64,000 bases of DNA from an uncultured archaeon (GTDB lineage Archaea > Asgardarchaeota > Lokiarchaeia > Sigyniarchaeales > SOKP01). Positions 38,073 through 48,476 of the stretch are shown here, piece after piece. The stretch is taken from contig CAZOYD010000001.1 in the NCBI GenBank assembly GCA_964583985.1, forward strand, positions 35,532 through 99,531, written 5' to 3'. The notes under the pieces are model-generated. The model did no database searches. It was not told the origin of the DNA and saw only the letters and a program-made list of their open reading frames with translations. The number at the start of each line of letters is the position of its first letter. Position 1 is the stretch's first letter. A program made the translations under genes and the position numbers.

Positions 38073-40304
38073 ATGTCAGCAAAAGACAATCAAAATGGGA
38101 AGGATGAAAAAGGATTGCAAAAATTAACATTGAGAGTTCAAAAAGCAAAGAAAAGAGATATTGGGAGGAATATAATAAGAATTGATACCCATACCATGGA
38201 GAAATTATTGATTAAGACTGGTGATGTTATTTCATTATTTGGTAAAAAGGAAAGTGCTGGTATAGCTTGGCCTAGCTATCCTCAAGATAGCGGTTTAGGG
38301 ATAATTAGAATTGATTCCAGACTCCGAAAAAATACAGGCACGAGTATTGATGATACTATTGAAATCCGAAAAGTTAAAGCATTACCTGCCCAGAATATTG
38401 TATTAGCTCCCTCTAATGTAAAGATTAGAACAAATCCTCGTTTTGAAAATTTCCTAAAAAAGCGTTTAAATAATTATCCTATAACTATCGATGATTTTAT
38501 ATACATATCGATAGGAATAAGCAGAGAAATTGCGTTTAAAGTGATAAGCATGAGACCGAATGGAGTATGTTTGATAAAACCCGAAACGCAATTGCATATC
38601 AGTGAAGTTGTCACAGAAGATGAAGAGCGAGGATCTGAATACCTTACTTACGAAGATGTGGGTGGTTTAGATAGAGAAATTGAACGAGTTAGAGAGATGG
38701 TTGAATTACCTCTCAGACATCCTTCGTTATTTAAAAGATTGGGTATTGATCCTCCAAAGGGTGTTTTATTAAGAGGTCCCCCGGGTTGTGGCAAAACTTT
38801 ATTAGCTAGAGCAGTAGCGAATGAAAGTGAGGCTCATTTTATATCTATAAACGGTCCTGAAATAATGAGCAAATTTTATGGCGAATCCGAAAAAAAGTTG
38901 CGTAAGCTTTTTGAAGAAGCTGAAGAAAAAAGTCCTTCAATTATATTTATTGATGAAATTGATGCTATAGCTCCCAAAAGAGAAACCGTCACAGGAGAAG
39001 TCGAACGCAGAGTTGTTGCTCAGTTGCTTGCGTTAATGGATGGACTTCATGGAAGGGGAAAAGTTATTGTAATTGGTGCTACAAATAGACCTAATAGCTT
39101 AGATTCTGCTCTAAGGCGACCCGGAAGATTTGATCGTGAGATTGAAATTAAGGTACCTAATGAAAAAGGGAGGCTGGAAGTTTTTATGATACATACTAGA
39201 AATATGCCTTTAGAAAAGAAAATTCAACTAAAGGAATTTGCTAATATTACTCATGGTTTTGTAGGCGCAGATATTTCAGCTGTATGTAGAGAAGCAGCAA
39301 TGTCATCTTTGAGAAGGTATTTGCCTCAAATAAATTTAGAGTCTGAAGTTATCGATCCCGAATTATTAGAGCAAATAAGCGTTACACAAGAAGATTTTGA
39401 AAATGCGATGAAAGAAGTCTTACCATCAGGGATCCGAGAAGTTTTTGTAGAAGTGCCAAATGTAAAGTGGGACCAAATTGGTGGATTAGAAGATTTAAAA
39501 CAAAAATTAATAGAATCTGTAGATTGGCCTTTATCTCATCCTAATATATTCATCAGGATGGGAATTAATCCTCCAAAGGGAATATTACTTTATGGTCCAC
39601 CTGGATGTGGAAAGACACTGCTAGCGAGAGCAGTTGCTAATGAAAGTAAAGCTAATTTCATATCTGTAAAGGGTCCAGAACTTTTGTCAAAATTCGTTGG
39701 AGAAAGTGAAAAAGCAATTCGAGAAGTATTTCGAAAGGCAAAATTAGCAGCGCCTTGTATTATTTTCTTTGATGAGTTTGACTCTATCGCACCAAGCAGG
39801 GGTAGACACACTTCAGATTCAGGAGTAACAGAAAAAGTATTATCTCAATTTTTAACCGAATTGGACGGATTAGAAATTAAAAAAGACATTTTAGTGATTG
39901 CTGCTACAAATCGTCCAGACATTTTAGATCCTGCCTTGATTAGACCTGGAAGGATAGATCGAATCTTATTGGTTCCACCTCCTGATGAAGCGGGGATTGA
40001 AGCAATCTTAAAAATATTTACTCAAAAAATGCCCCTTGCAAATGATGTTACAATTAAAAAGATAAATGATAGACTTAAGGGATTTTCTGGAGCAGATATT
40101 GAAACCTTGTGTCGAGAAGCTGCAATGATTGCACTAAGGGAAAATATGCGGGCTAGAAAAGTTACTTTAGAGCATTTTAAAAAGGCTAGAGAAATAACTA
40201 ATCCAAGTATTTCAGCAGAAATGATCAAGTGGTATGCTCAATTTGGAGAAAAACTCAAAAGTCGAATAATTGAACAATCAAAAGAAGACAGGTTGTTTGT
40301 ATAA
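38073..40304 (+). CDS. cdc48: Cdc48/VCP-family AAA+ ATPase
   Basis: N domain plus two AAA modules (GPPGCGKT twice, [19 protein letters not shown]). Confidence 0.97.
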   Translation: MSAKDNQNGKDEKGLQKLTLRVQKAKKRDIGRNIIRIDTHTMEKLLIKTGDVISLFGKKESAGIAWPSYPQDSGLGIIRIDSRLRKNTGTSIDDTIEIRKVKALPAQNIVLAPSNVKIRTNPRFENFLKKRLNNYPITIDDFIYISIGISREIAFKVISMRPNGVCLIKPETQLHISEVVTEDEERGSEYLTYEDVGGLDREIERVREMVELPLRHPSLFKRLGIDPPKGVLLRGPPGCGKTLLARAVANESEAHFISINGPEIMSKFYGESEKKLRKLFEEAEEKSPSIIFIDEIDAIAPKRETVTGEVERRVVAQLLALMDGLHGRGKVIVIGATNRPNSLDSALRRPGRFDREIEIKVPNEKGRLEVFMIHTRNMPLEKKIQLKEFANITHGFVGADISAVCREAAMSSLRRYLPQINLESEVIDPELLEQISVTQEDFENAMKEVLPSGIREVFVEVPNVKWDQIGGLEDLKQKLIESVDWPLSHPNIFIRMGINPPKGILLYGPPGCGKTLLARAVANESKANFISVKGPELLSKFVGESEKAIREVFRKAKLAAPCIIFFDEFDSIAPSRGRHTSDSGVTEKVLSQFLTELDGLEIKKDILVIAATNRPDILDPALIRPGRIDRILLVPPPDEAGIEAILKIFTQKMPLANDVTIKKINDRLKGFSGADIETLCREAAMIALRENMRARKVTLEHFKKAREITNPSISAEMIKWYAQFGEKLKSRIIEQSKEDRLFV

Positions 40305-40381
40305 TATTCACAAACTTAATTTAAAATCCAATATTTATTTCCATGCATTCTAATTCTATTTAAAATAAAAGGTGTTATAAT

Positions 40382-40654
40382 ATCGAATCAAATCGCTGGA
40401 ATCAAAAGCCCATCGTTAACTCTCTCATTGAGATCTTAATAGAGAATAGAGGTGAAATCCTTGATAAACGCTTGGAAGAACTTTTAAAAAAGGAGTTCCC
40501 TTTTGTCAATAGTTTGTTACTTGAAGAATTATTTATGAAACTCGAGAGTAGAAATATTATAAATCTATTTAGAGTTTCAAAGAACAAGAATATGATAGTT
40601 CTTAATAAGACGAATCAAGAGATTAGAGAAGAAGTGATGGAAAAGTTAAAGTAA
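40382..40654 (+). CDS. Small winged-helix-like hypothetical protein; start uncertain (ATC 40382 or TTG 40472)
   Basis: Frame is open from 40364; ...RWNQKPIVNSLIEILIE...D..L...L......LFMKLE.R.II; AGGTG ends 7 nt before ATC 40382. Confidence 0.55.
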   Translation: MESNRWNQKPIVNSLIEILIENRGEILDKRLEELLKKEFPFVNSLLLEELFMKLESRNIINLFRVSKNKNMIVLNKTNQEIREEVMEKLK

Positions 40655-42172
40655 TTGTTTATCATTCCATTTTAAACATACTTGAGATAGTGTATTGTCT
40701 TCGACTTTAGACTTATATTTCCTTGCTCTAATTTCAATAAAAATTGGATAATTTACCGCATTACCCATAAGTAATGTTTCACCCACACCCAAACTTGAAA
40801 TCATATCTACATATTCCTTTGTTATGGCTTCAGAACTATCCATAAGGTGTTTTAAATCATAGGGATTTTTGATGTTTAGAACCATTTTCGAATTCATTTG
40901 AGAAAGAGCTGTACTGCTTAATTTTTTAGGTCTTTGGCTGATCAAACACAAACAAGCCATAAATTTTCGACCCTCTCGTGCTATAGTTTCAATTATTGAT
41001 TTTGAAATTGCTTTAGATTGAGCTGCTTCAGGACAGAATTGGTGAGCTTCTTCAATTATGAGAAGAAAAGGAGGGAATTCATCCATCCGACGCATATGGA
41101 AGAGTTGATTACACAAATAATCCACTAAAATTTGTTTTTTTCGGATAGAAATCTCATTCTGAAAATTAAAAATTGTTAATTCTCCTGGTTTAATAGAATT
41201 TTTTAATATAGGATTTTCTTGATCGCCAAATACATTTAATCTTTCTAATTCTGTTAACCACCCGATTAATGCTTGTCGAGTAATTTTATTCCCTTCATTC
41301 TCTTCATCAATAAGGGTAATTATATCTTTTAAAGTGTATTTATCCTTTTTTGATTTATCTTGTTTTAATTTTTTAATAAATTTAGCGAGTTCTCTAACTT
41401 GGACACTAGTAATTTGTGTTTGATATTTTCGAAAATTATAAGCATTCATCTGGGGAATTGAAATTTGGAGATATAAACCATCGAATACTTTAATCTTATC
41501 TTGAAGGTCTGGAATTGATTTGAGGTAAGTATATTCTCCATGCACATCTATAATAACTATTGCCGGTGTACCTTTAGAATTTGGACGCGAGAGTAATTCT
41601 TCCAAGATGATTGAAGTTAAATAACTTTTTCCTCCTCCTGAAATCGAAAGAATCGAAAAATGTTTATTGAGCAACCTGTTCATATTGATTTTTGCTTCAA
41701 TATTTGCAATTTTTAAATTTCCAAGATTTAAGCCATCTTCATAATCAAATCCTATGAATTTTTTAAGTATTTTTGCTTCAACCAAGAAGACGTTCTTTCC
41801 AGGGCTTGCAGGATAAGTCATTCTTTGAATTGATTTTATCTTCTTCTTATCTTCATCATCAAATTTGATAATTCCTAAATTTTTAACTATGGCAATGGCA
41901 TATTCAAATTCATCACTTGGAAACAATCCTTTAAGTATATTAGGATTGCTACTATTATTATATGCCTTTATCGTGAGCGCATCTGAGAAATATTCATTTA
42001 ATAGAATTATTTTTTCAACCATTCCGATTAAGAATCCTTCAATTGACTCAGTGTATACGAACTGTCCTTTTTTAACCATCATTTCATTACTTAATTTATC
42101 AATTACAAATGAAAATTGATGTACGTCTGGTAATTGAAGAAAATTAAATACTGTACCCACTCTAACGCTCAT
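40646..42172 (-). CDS. HerA-like helicase/ATPase (DUF87)
   Basis: N-terminal barrel with P..PG..V, Walker A SGGGKS, IDVHGEY, EEAH, IAREGRKF, SQRP. Confidence 0.88.
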   Translation of the reverse strand: MSVRVGTVFNFLQLPDVHQFSFVIDKLSNEMMVKKGQFVYTESIEGFLIGMVEKIILLNEYFSDALTIKAYNNSSNPNILKGLFPSDEFEYAIAIVKNLGIIKFDDEDKKKIKSIQRMTYPASPGKNVFLVEAKILKKFIGFDYEDGLNLGNLKIANIEAKINMNRLLNKHFSILSISGGGKSYLTSIILEELLSRPNSKGTPAIVIIDVHGEYTYLKSIPDLQDKIKVFDGLYLQISIPQMNAYNFRKYQTQITSVQVRELAKFIKKLKQDKSKKDKYTLKDIITLIDEENEGNKITRQALIGWLTELERLNVFGDQENPILKNSIKPGELTIFNFQNEISIRKKQILVDYLCNQLFHMRRMDEFPPFLLIIEEAHQFCPEAAQSKAISKSIIETIAREGRKFMACLCLISQRPKKLSSTALSQMNSKMVLNIKNPYDLKHLMDSSEAITKEYVDMISSLGVGETLLMGNAVNYPIFIEIRARKYKSKVEDNTLSQVCLKWNDKQLL

Positions 42173-42255
42173 TGAGTTAAAAAAGGATATACTTGAAATA
42201 AAAATAAAATAACTGAATTAATTTTCTAATTTTAGAAAGAGAGAAGAAAAAAGGG

Positions 42256-42852
42256 TTATTCTTTTTCTAAAATTCCTATAATTTTCATTATGGCATAATT
42301 GCCATTTTTCCAGAAAAATATCAAAAATAATGTCAATCCTACTATTGCAAACAAGGCTAAACTTCCAAATAATACCCAATTCCCAGCAGAAAATTCGCTA
42401 AATAAGCCTTTTAATGGTGAAGTATCTGATCCCCCGAAGATATCTTGTGTAACAGCGATTATAATACCAACTATAATTGCCATAATGCTAAGTAATAATC
42501 CACCTGCTGCAATTTTAACATCAAGACGATTTTTATACCTCTCTTCTAATTCTCTTTCTTTAAAAAGGAATTTTAGTACTCCTTTAGCTCCTTTTTTAAA
42601 CAACCCAAAGAAGAAAATCAAAAGTAAAAATAAGGCGGCTAAAAATCCAGCAACAATCGTAATTTGGTATCCTAAATTTAAAGCAAGGAATATATCAAAT
42701 TTCCCTAAAGGCATAATAAAATCTAAAATCGACCAAACAACCCCAACAACTATTCCTATGCATGATATCATCATAAAAATGTAAAATAATTCACCTACAG
42801 CTTTTTGATTTGAAGTATATTCTATTTCTTTAAGATTCTCCATAAAATTCAC
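42256..42852 (-). CDS. Hypothetical four-TM membrane protein with internal duplication
   Basis: Two similar TM-loop-TM halves ending LFKKG...VLK and FWKNG...IMK. Confidence 0.7.
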   Translation of the reverse strand: MNFMENLKEIEYTSNQKAVGELFYIFMMISCIGIVVGVVWSILDFIMPLGKFDIFLALNLGYQITIVAGFLAALFLLLIFFFGLFKKGAKGVLKFLFKERELEERYKNRLDVKIAAGGLLLSIMAIIVGIIIAVTQDIFGGSDTSPLKGLFSEFSAGNWVLFGSLALFAIVGLTLFLIFFWKNGNYAIMKIIGILEKE

Positions 42853-42956
42853 TTGATTGGTTATAATTAAAGAATGAATAACAATCTAACTATATAAAAT
42901 TGTTCATAAAAGCAGAATCAAGTAAATAGAGAAGAAAAAAGAGAATATTTCAGATC

Positions 42957-44486
42957 CTATTTTTGAAATAAATTATCAAAGTTCTGGTAAAATTCATTTT
43001 CATTTAGTATTGAGTACAATCTATTTGAAAAATTAAAGATTTTATCATAAAGCTCATAGTGTTTTTCATTTGGATTCCATCGTTTGTCAATTTTGCAAAT
43101 ATTTTCGGCAGCTTTTATTATATCTGGAAATAGTCCTGCTCCATAAGCGGCTAATATTGCAGCACCTAAGGATGTGGCTTCTTCAATAACATTTCTCACG
43201 CAAGATATTCCTAAGACATCAGCATATATTTGATTCCATAAATCAGAACGAGACCCTCCTCCAGTAATTTTTAATTCTTTCGGTTCTATTCCTAAGGATT
43301 TAAAAACAAGGATGTTCTTTTTTACTTCATAAGCCACACCCTCTAAAACAGCTCTATAAAGATCTTTTCTTTGATGACCTAGTGATAAACCATATAAGAT
43401 TCCCCTTGCATAAGGATTCCAATGAGGTGCTCCTGCTCCTACTAAATGAGGTATGAAAAGCAAACCATTTGACCCTACGGGTGATTTTTCAGCTTCCGAT
43501 ATCATAATATAATAAGGATCCTGTCCTAATTCTTCAGCTTTATGGCATTCATCAATTGCAATTTGATCTCTAAACCATCTTAATGCGGCTCCTGTGGTAA
43601 AAATACTAGCTTCTTGAACCCATTTTCCAGGTACGGCATGGCAACTACATAACACTTTTTTTTCAGGATCAAATTTCGGTTCTTCTAAAAAAGCAAGGAT
43701 AAAAGTACCCGTTCCGGTCGTGCATTTTATTTCTCCTGGTGACACAACTCCCACTCCCAATGCGGCTGACTGTTGATCTCCAGCTCCAGTGATAACTAAT
43801 GTCTTCATATCAAAATCTGTCTCCTTGGATACGATTTCTCCGATATCGACTCCACTTTCCATTGGTTCTGGCATTTTATCAAGATCAATTTCCAATTCAG
43901 AAGCAATGTCCTCTGAATATTTTAATTTATTTATATCGAAGAGCATGGTTCTTGAAGCGTTTGAATGATCAGTTACAAACTGTCCCGTTAGTTTGTGCAG
44001 TATGAAATCTGAGACCAATAGAAATTTATGAGTTTTATTATAGATTTCAGGTTTATTATTTTTAAACCAGAGTATTTTTGTGGCAGAAAAATATGGATCA
44101 ATGGTTAATCCAGTGGTACTATATATTTTATCAATTCCAATTTTTCTCTTGATATATTCAACTTCTTTCGTTGTTCTTCTATCTTGCCAAACAAGGGCAT
44201 TATGTAATGGATTTCCCTCTTTATCAACAGGAACAATGGTCTCCCTCTGATTAGTAACAGATAGACTAACAATTTCTGATGGATCGATACCACTTTTCTT
44301 AATAGCTAAGCTTATCGTTATTTTTATTGATTCCCACCAAATATTTGCATCCTGCTCTACATGTGAAGGAGCTGGATATATACTCTCCCATTCTTGATAA
44401 TCACTTGACAAAATGCTTCCATACAAGTCAAATATGAAAGTACGACAACCTGTAGTGCCTAAATCAAGTGCTACAATATATGGCAT
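42957..44486 (-). CDS. FGGY-family kinase (xylulokinase/glycerol kinase-like)
   Basis: DLGTT, TNQRET, WQDRRT, TD.SNASRT.LF, GDQQSA..G, TGTG, GGG..S..W.Q. Confidence 0.9.
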   Translation of the reverse strand: MPYIVALDLGTTGCRTFIFDLYGSILSSDYQEWESIYPAPSHVEQDANIWWESIKITISLAIKKSGIDPSEIVSLSVTNQRETIVPVDKEGNPLHNALVWQDRRTTKEVEYIKRKIGIDKIYSTTGLTIDPYFSATKILWFKNNKPEIYNKTHKFLLVSDFILHKLTGQFVTDHSNASRTMLFDINKLKYSEDIASELEIDLDKMPEPMESGVDIGEIVSKETDFDMKTLVITGAGDQQSAALGVGVVSPGEIKCTTGTGTFILAFLEEPKFDPEKKVLCSCHAVPGKWVQEASIFTTGAALRWFRDQIAIDECHKAEELGQDPYYIMISEAEKSPVGSNGLLFIPHLVGAGAPHWNPYARGILYGLSLGHQRKDLYRAVLEGVAYEVKKNILVFKSLGIEPKELKITGGGSRSDLWNQIYADVLGISCVRNVIEEATSLGAAILAAYGAGLFPDIIKAAENICKIDKRWNPNEKHYELYDKIFNFSNRLYSILNENEFYQNFDNLFQK

Positions 44487-44568
44487 ATTAATTATTAACT
44501 CCTATAATTATATTTTTCGTTATAAATTATATATTCTAATATTTAATAAAACTATTATTGTTATTGTA

Positions 44569-45252
44569 CTATTTCTTTCTTTCATAACTACATTGAGTAC
44601 ATACTAACTTTTGATAACCTCGAGCATGATCCTTTTTCTCAATCAATAATCCTTTACAAACTGGACACATTGGATTATGAGGAAAAAACCATTGTCCTTG
44701 GATGTTTGGCGTATCTTTTAACGAGTTGACAAATTTAATTTTATCAAGATCGTTTTTACTGGCTTGTATAAGTTGTTGTTCTTCAGCCCATGATATCCCT
44801 TTTGGAGCTAATCCCATCAAGAATTTTATTTCTTTTGGATTATTCAATAAGGATAAGATCCTAAGAATTGCGTCATCTCCATATTCTAAAAATAATTTCC
44901 CAAGTTCTGGAGGAGCCAATCCAACCATGATTGCTTGAGAACTTTCAGAAACTCCTAATTTTTGGAATAAGAATTGATACATTCTATTTTCTGTGTCCAT
45001 TGCCCATATAATATTCCAACTTTGAATTTCATAATCTTCTTTATCTGGACCTACAATTCTTTTAATGCATTCAAACCAAGAATAATGCAAATTTTTAGAA
45101 ATATTTGCAGATAAATCATCAAAAAACTTGGTTTCAATTACGGGATATTTTTCAAATATGCTTTTGAGAGATAATAATCTAATTTCAGTTAACTTTTTTG
45201 TTTTGAGCTTGTCCCAAGGTGCATAAACAAAAACTGAAAAGAGTTCTTTCAT
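44569..45252 (-). CDS. Hypothetical protein with C-terminal zinc ribbon
   Basis: CPVCKG...CTQCSY at the C-terminus. Confidence 0.65.
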   Translation of the reverse strand: MKELFSVFVYAPWDKLKTKKLTEIRLLSLKSIFEKYPVIETKFFDDLSANISKNLHYSWFECIKRIVGPDKEDYEIQSWNIIWAMDTENRMYQFLFQKLGVSESSQAIMVGLAPPELGKLFLEYGDDAILRILSLLNNPKEIKFLMGLAPKGISWAEEQQLIQASKNDLDKIKFVNSLKDTPNIQGQWFFPHNPMCPVCKGLLIEKKDHARGYQKLVCTQCSYERKK

Positions 45253-45374
45253 AATGAGAAAGAAATAGATATTCTATTTATACTATATGCTTGATTGATT
45301 CTATATATTATAGAAAAAAGGTTTAAGTTAGTTTTTTTCATTTAATTTTATTAGTAATTTTAGGAGTATTTCAA

Positions 45375-46526
45375 ATGAATGGAATTTGGGATATAAAAGC
45401 TGATTCTGTAACAAAAGGTGATAACCTTAGGGACGTTTCTCCCATTAGAGAGAAAGTTTGGAAAGATGAAACCAACTTCATTCATTATGTCTTTACTAAA
45501 GCTAATTTTAATAATCCTTGGTACTCAATTCCTTATGATGATTATGAATTGTTTGAAGATTTTATTACGGGGGGCTCTAGACGTTACCCTTCAGATGGTA
45601 ATATCCCTTGTGATATCGTTGCAAGGGAAGCCAGAAAAGTATTAGAAAAAATAGTTTTGTGTTCGAGTGATCCAAATCACTATTATTGTGAGGACGCGCG
45701 TAAAGCTTTGAAGAATGGGAAGTATGATATAATTAGGGGAACCTTAAAGTTATATTTAGGAAAATATACAACCAGAGATTGGAGAAGAAAAAGATTTACA
45801 GACGATATCGATTTTTGGATGTTTCAAACTAATCTTTTAGATTCCAAACTAAAGGAATGCAGTTTTACAAAAAATAAAAAAACTGGAGAATGGGAAAAGA
45901 GAGTAGAATGGGAAAAACTCGGCACTGAAGAAAAAAGAACGGAATTATTATTTGCAGCAAACAATCTCAACCAATTACTTGATTTTGGAGCAGGTGCTTT
46001 CCTCGAAGGTTCAGATTTAAAAGAGATTTTTGATAAAAAAATTAAAAGAGGCCATGATGTAGATCTTAGTGACATTATAAATGTAGTAATGGTTAATGGG
46101 GGAAACGAAGGGAAACATGAAGATGAATGGTTAAACGCTTGGAATTCATTCGAAGAAGCAGCAAATACTAGAAATGCAAGAACCACTTCAAATTTAATCA
46201 GTTTATGCCGCTATTCCTTAGCAATTGCAGATCATCTTGAAGAAGTAAGCAATGTCTTAATTAAATTTAATGATTCCATTTTTGATAAATCTAAACATCC
46301 AGATGCAAAATTAAAGAAAATCTGTCAAATCTCGCCTCATTGGCTAAAATTTTTAGAAGATAATGGACCAGATGAAACAAGAAAAATGCTCCATGATTTT
46401 TACCACGAGCAAGCTGAAGAAAAGCCTATTCACGCAAAAAATTTGAGAAATTTCGCAAATAAAGTCATGAAATTACTCAATTCTAAATATGAATACTTAA
46501 AGATTATATTTGAAATTGAAGAATAA
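45375..46526 (+). CDS. Hypothetical protein, putative Pol-beta-superfamily nucleotidyltransferase
   Basis: IRGT...YLG...R.TDDIDF and K..RG...D..D motifs; GGAG upstream. Confidence 0.55.
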   Translation: MNGIWDIKADSVTKGDNLRDVSPIREKVWKDETNFIHYVFTKANFNNPWYSIPYDDYELFEDFITGGSRRYPSDGNIPCDIVAREARKVLEKIVLCSSDPNHYYCEDARKALKNGKYDIIRGTLKLYLGKYTTRDWRRKRFTDDIDFWMFQTNLLDSKLKECSFTKNKKTGEWEKRVEWEKLGTEEKRTELLFAANNLNQLLDFGAGAFLEGSDLKEIFDKKIKRGHDVDLSDIINVVMVNGGNEGKHEDEWLNAWNSFEEAANTRNARTTSNLISLCRYSLAIADHLEEVSNVLIKFNDSIFDKSKHPDAKLKKICQISPHWLKFLEDNGPDETRKMLHDFYHEQAEEKPIHAKNLRNFANKVMKLLNSKYEYLKIIFEIEE

Positions 46527-46575
46527 CCTTGTTTTTTATAAATAAAAATTTAAATAATTATCAAATAATATTTTA

Positions 46576-46875
46576 TTGATGGCTAAATTTAAAATTATTA
46601 TTAAGAAACATTGTGTCTTCTGTGAAATCTTAAAAGAATGGCTAAAAGAGAAGAAAATCGATTATAAAATTATAGATTACCAAGATCCAAATGATTTTGA
46701 TGATCCTTTAATGAAAAATCCGACCTTTAACAGCCTATATTGTGATATGAGTGCATGTGTAGAAAGTATTCCTTTAATAGTAAAAAATGAAAAGGAATTT
46801 TATTACTCTGAAATATGGGATCTTGTGAATAATAAAATTATTGAAGCAAAAGCTAAGGAACTATTCGAAATTTAG
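46576..46875 (+). CDS. Glutaredoxin-like protein
   Basis: HCVFC near the N-terminus, L....I.Y, cis-Pro motif SIP. Confidence 0.75.
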   Translation: MMAKFKIIIKKHCVFCEILKEWLKEKKIDYKIIDYQDPNDFDDPLMKNPTFNSLYCDMSACVESIPLIVKNEKEFYYSEIWDLVNNKIIEAKAKELFEI

Positions 46876-47025
46876 AATTCATTATTTATATACAAATGAA
46901 TTCGTGAAACTAAACTTTCACGCACTTTGACATATACCTTCATAATTCTTCGATATGGACTACGATGTTACTTTGATGATCCTTAAAAATAAGAAAAGGA
47001 AAGATTTCCAATAGAAGGATAGTTT

Positions 47026-48273
47026 TTATTCAATCAATTCTTCGACAGCAATTTCATTGCTGTTATAAAGACGATTTTTTGTGACTCGATAGAGTATCCA
47101 AAATCCAATTATTGCGATCAAACATAAAATTCCTGCTAAATACCAAACCCAATTTGGCCCAATATAATCATAAACTAAACCAGCAACTATAATCCCAAAT
47201 AGACTTGGAATCGACCAATGAAAACCGTATACGGCCATATATCTTCCTCGCTTATCTTGAGGCGCAAAACGGGCAACTATAGCTTGTGAAACGGGTATTA
47301 CGATCATCTCTCCCACAGTAAGTATTGCCATAGCTATGAAAAACAAGTACGGTTCAGAAATAAATCCATACATCCCAAAACCAATCATATATAGAAACGT
47401 CCCAGCAACCATCATTTTCATAGGAGCAAACTTTGAAACCTTTTTAGTTATCCAGAATTGAAATACTACTACCATCAAAGCATTCATGCTCAACAACAGG
47501 CCAAAAGCTGTCTTTGGAAACCCATATTCTGTTAGTAGAAATACCGACAACGTGCTATTCATTTGCATGTAAACCAATACTGTCACGGCAGACACAGCAA
47601 GAAACAAAATATAAATTGTATCTTTAAAAACCTCTTTATATCCTATTAGTGTCTTTAAAACCGATTCCTCTGGTTTATCATCTTGTTTTTCTGGTTTCGT
47701 TTCTGGAATGACAATGAATACAATTAAAGCGGTAATTAAGCTGCTCACAGCGTCCGAAATAAATAAAAACATATAGGATTGGCTTGCTAATAATCCGCCA
47801 AGCATAGGTCCTACTGTTGCTGAAAGATTTACTGCCACTCGTAATAATCCAAATCCTTCCGCTTGTTTATCATTTGGAAGTAGATCCACCACCATTGCCT
47901 GACGTGCTGGACCGCCTAAATCTCCGAGAACGCCTAAAAATGCTGCTATTATGAAAAAAAGATTCAGATTATCAACAAGTCCCATCAAAATACTTCCTAC
48001 ACCACTTGATATTAAACCTAAAAGAAGCATCGACCGCCGCCCGTATTTATCAGCTAACGCTCCTCCTATCGTACTACCAAGTATGCTTCCACCAGAAAAC
48101 ACCCCAAATAAAAACCCCACTTGAACCATGCTTGCACCAAACCTTTCTATAAGATATATTGAGAAATACGGAAATAACAAAAAACTTCCGAACCTATCAA
48201 TGAATGTGGCGAGGATCAGCACTTTAAATGGATTTGGGTATTCCTTATAACTAATTTTGATTCTTGTAAACAT
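47026..48273 (-). CDS. MFS transporter (MdtH-like)
   Basis: Motif A GGALADKYGRR, about 12 TM, AP...RGRY. Confidence 0.9.
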   Translation of the reverse strand: MFTRIKISYKEYPNPFKVLILATFIDRFGSFLLFPYFSIYLIERFGASMVQVGFLFGVFSGGSILGSTIGGALADKYGRRSMLLLGLISSGVGSILMGLVDNLNLFFIIAAFLGVLGDLGGPARQAMVVDLLPNDKQAEGFGLLRVAVNLSATVGPMLGGLLASQSYMFLFISDAVSSLITALIVFIVIPETKPEKQDDKPEESVLKTLIGYKEVFKDTIYILFLAVSAVTVLVYMQMNSTLSVFLLTEYGFPKTAFGLLLSMNALMVVVFQFWITKKVSKFAPMKMMVAGTFLYMIGFGMYGFISEPYLFFIAMAILTVGEMIVIPVSQAIVARFAPQDKRGRYMAVYGFHWSIPSLFGIIVAGLVYDYIGPNWVWYLAGILCLIAIIGFWILYRVTKNRLYNSNEIAVEELIE

Positions 48274-48476
48274 AATTGATTTAACTTGTAGGTTTTTTTA
48301 TAAATTTGATCATACATTTGTTTATTCTTTAGAATTAAAAAAATTTTTACTTAAAATAGATTCTTAATATGAAGTAAGAATGAATAAAGGAATTACAATA
48401 AATACATATAATAAAAAATAATTATAATCTTGAATACATTAATCGTAGTATAAAACTAAGTATTAGGTAAATTTTT

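Noticed and set aside
46895-46935. ATGA...hairpin...GA considered as a SECIS element
   Set aside because: Stem geometry does not fit well and no neighbouring gene shows an in-frame TGA at a Cys-equivalent position
47026-48273. MFS gene looks somewhat more GC-rich than its surroundings, suggesting recent transfer
   Set aside because: Not quantified, explainable by Gly/Ala-rich composition, and no flanking repeats or mobility genes
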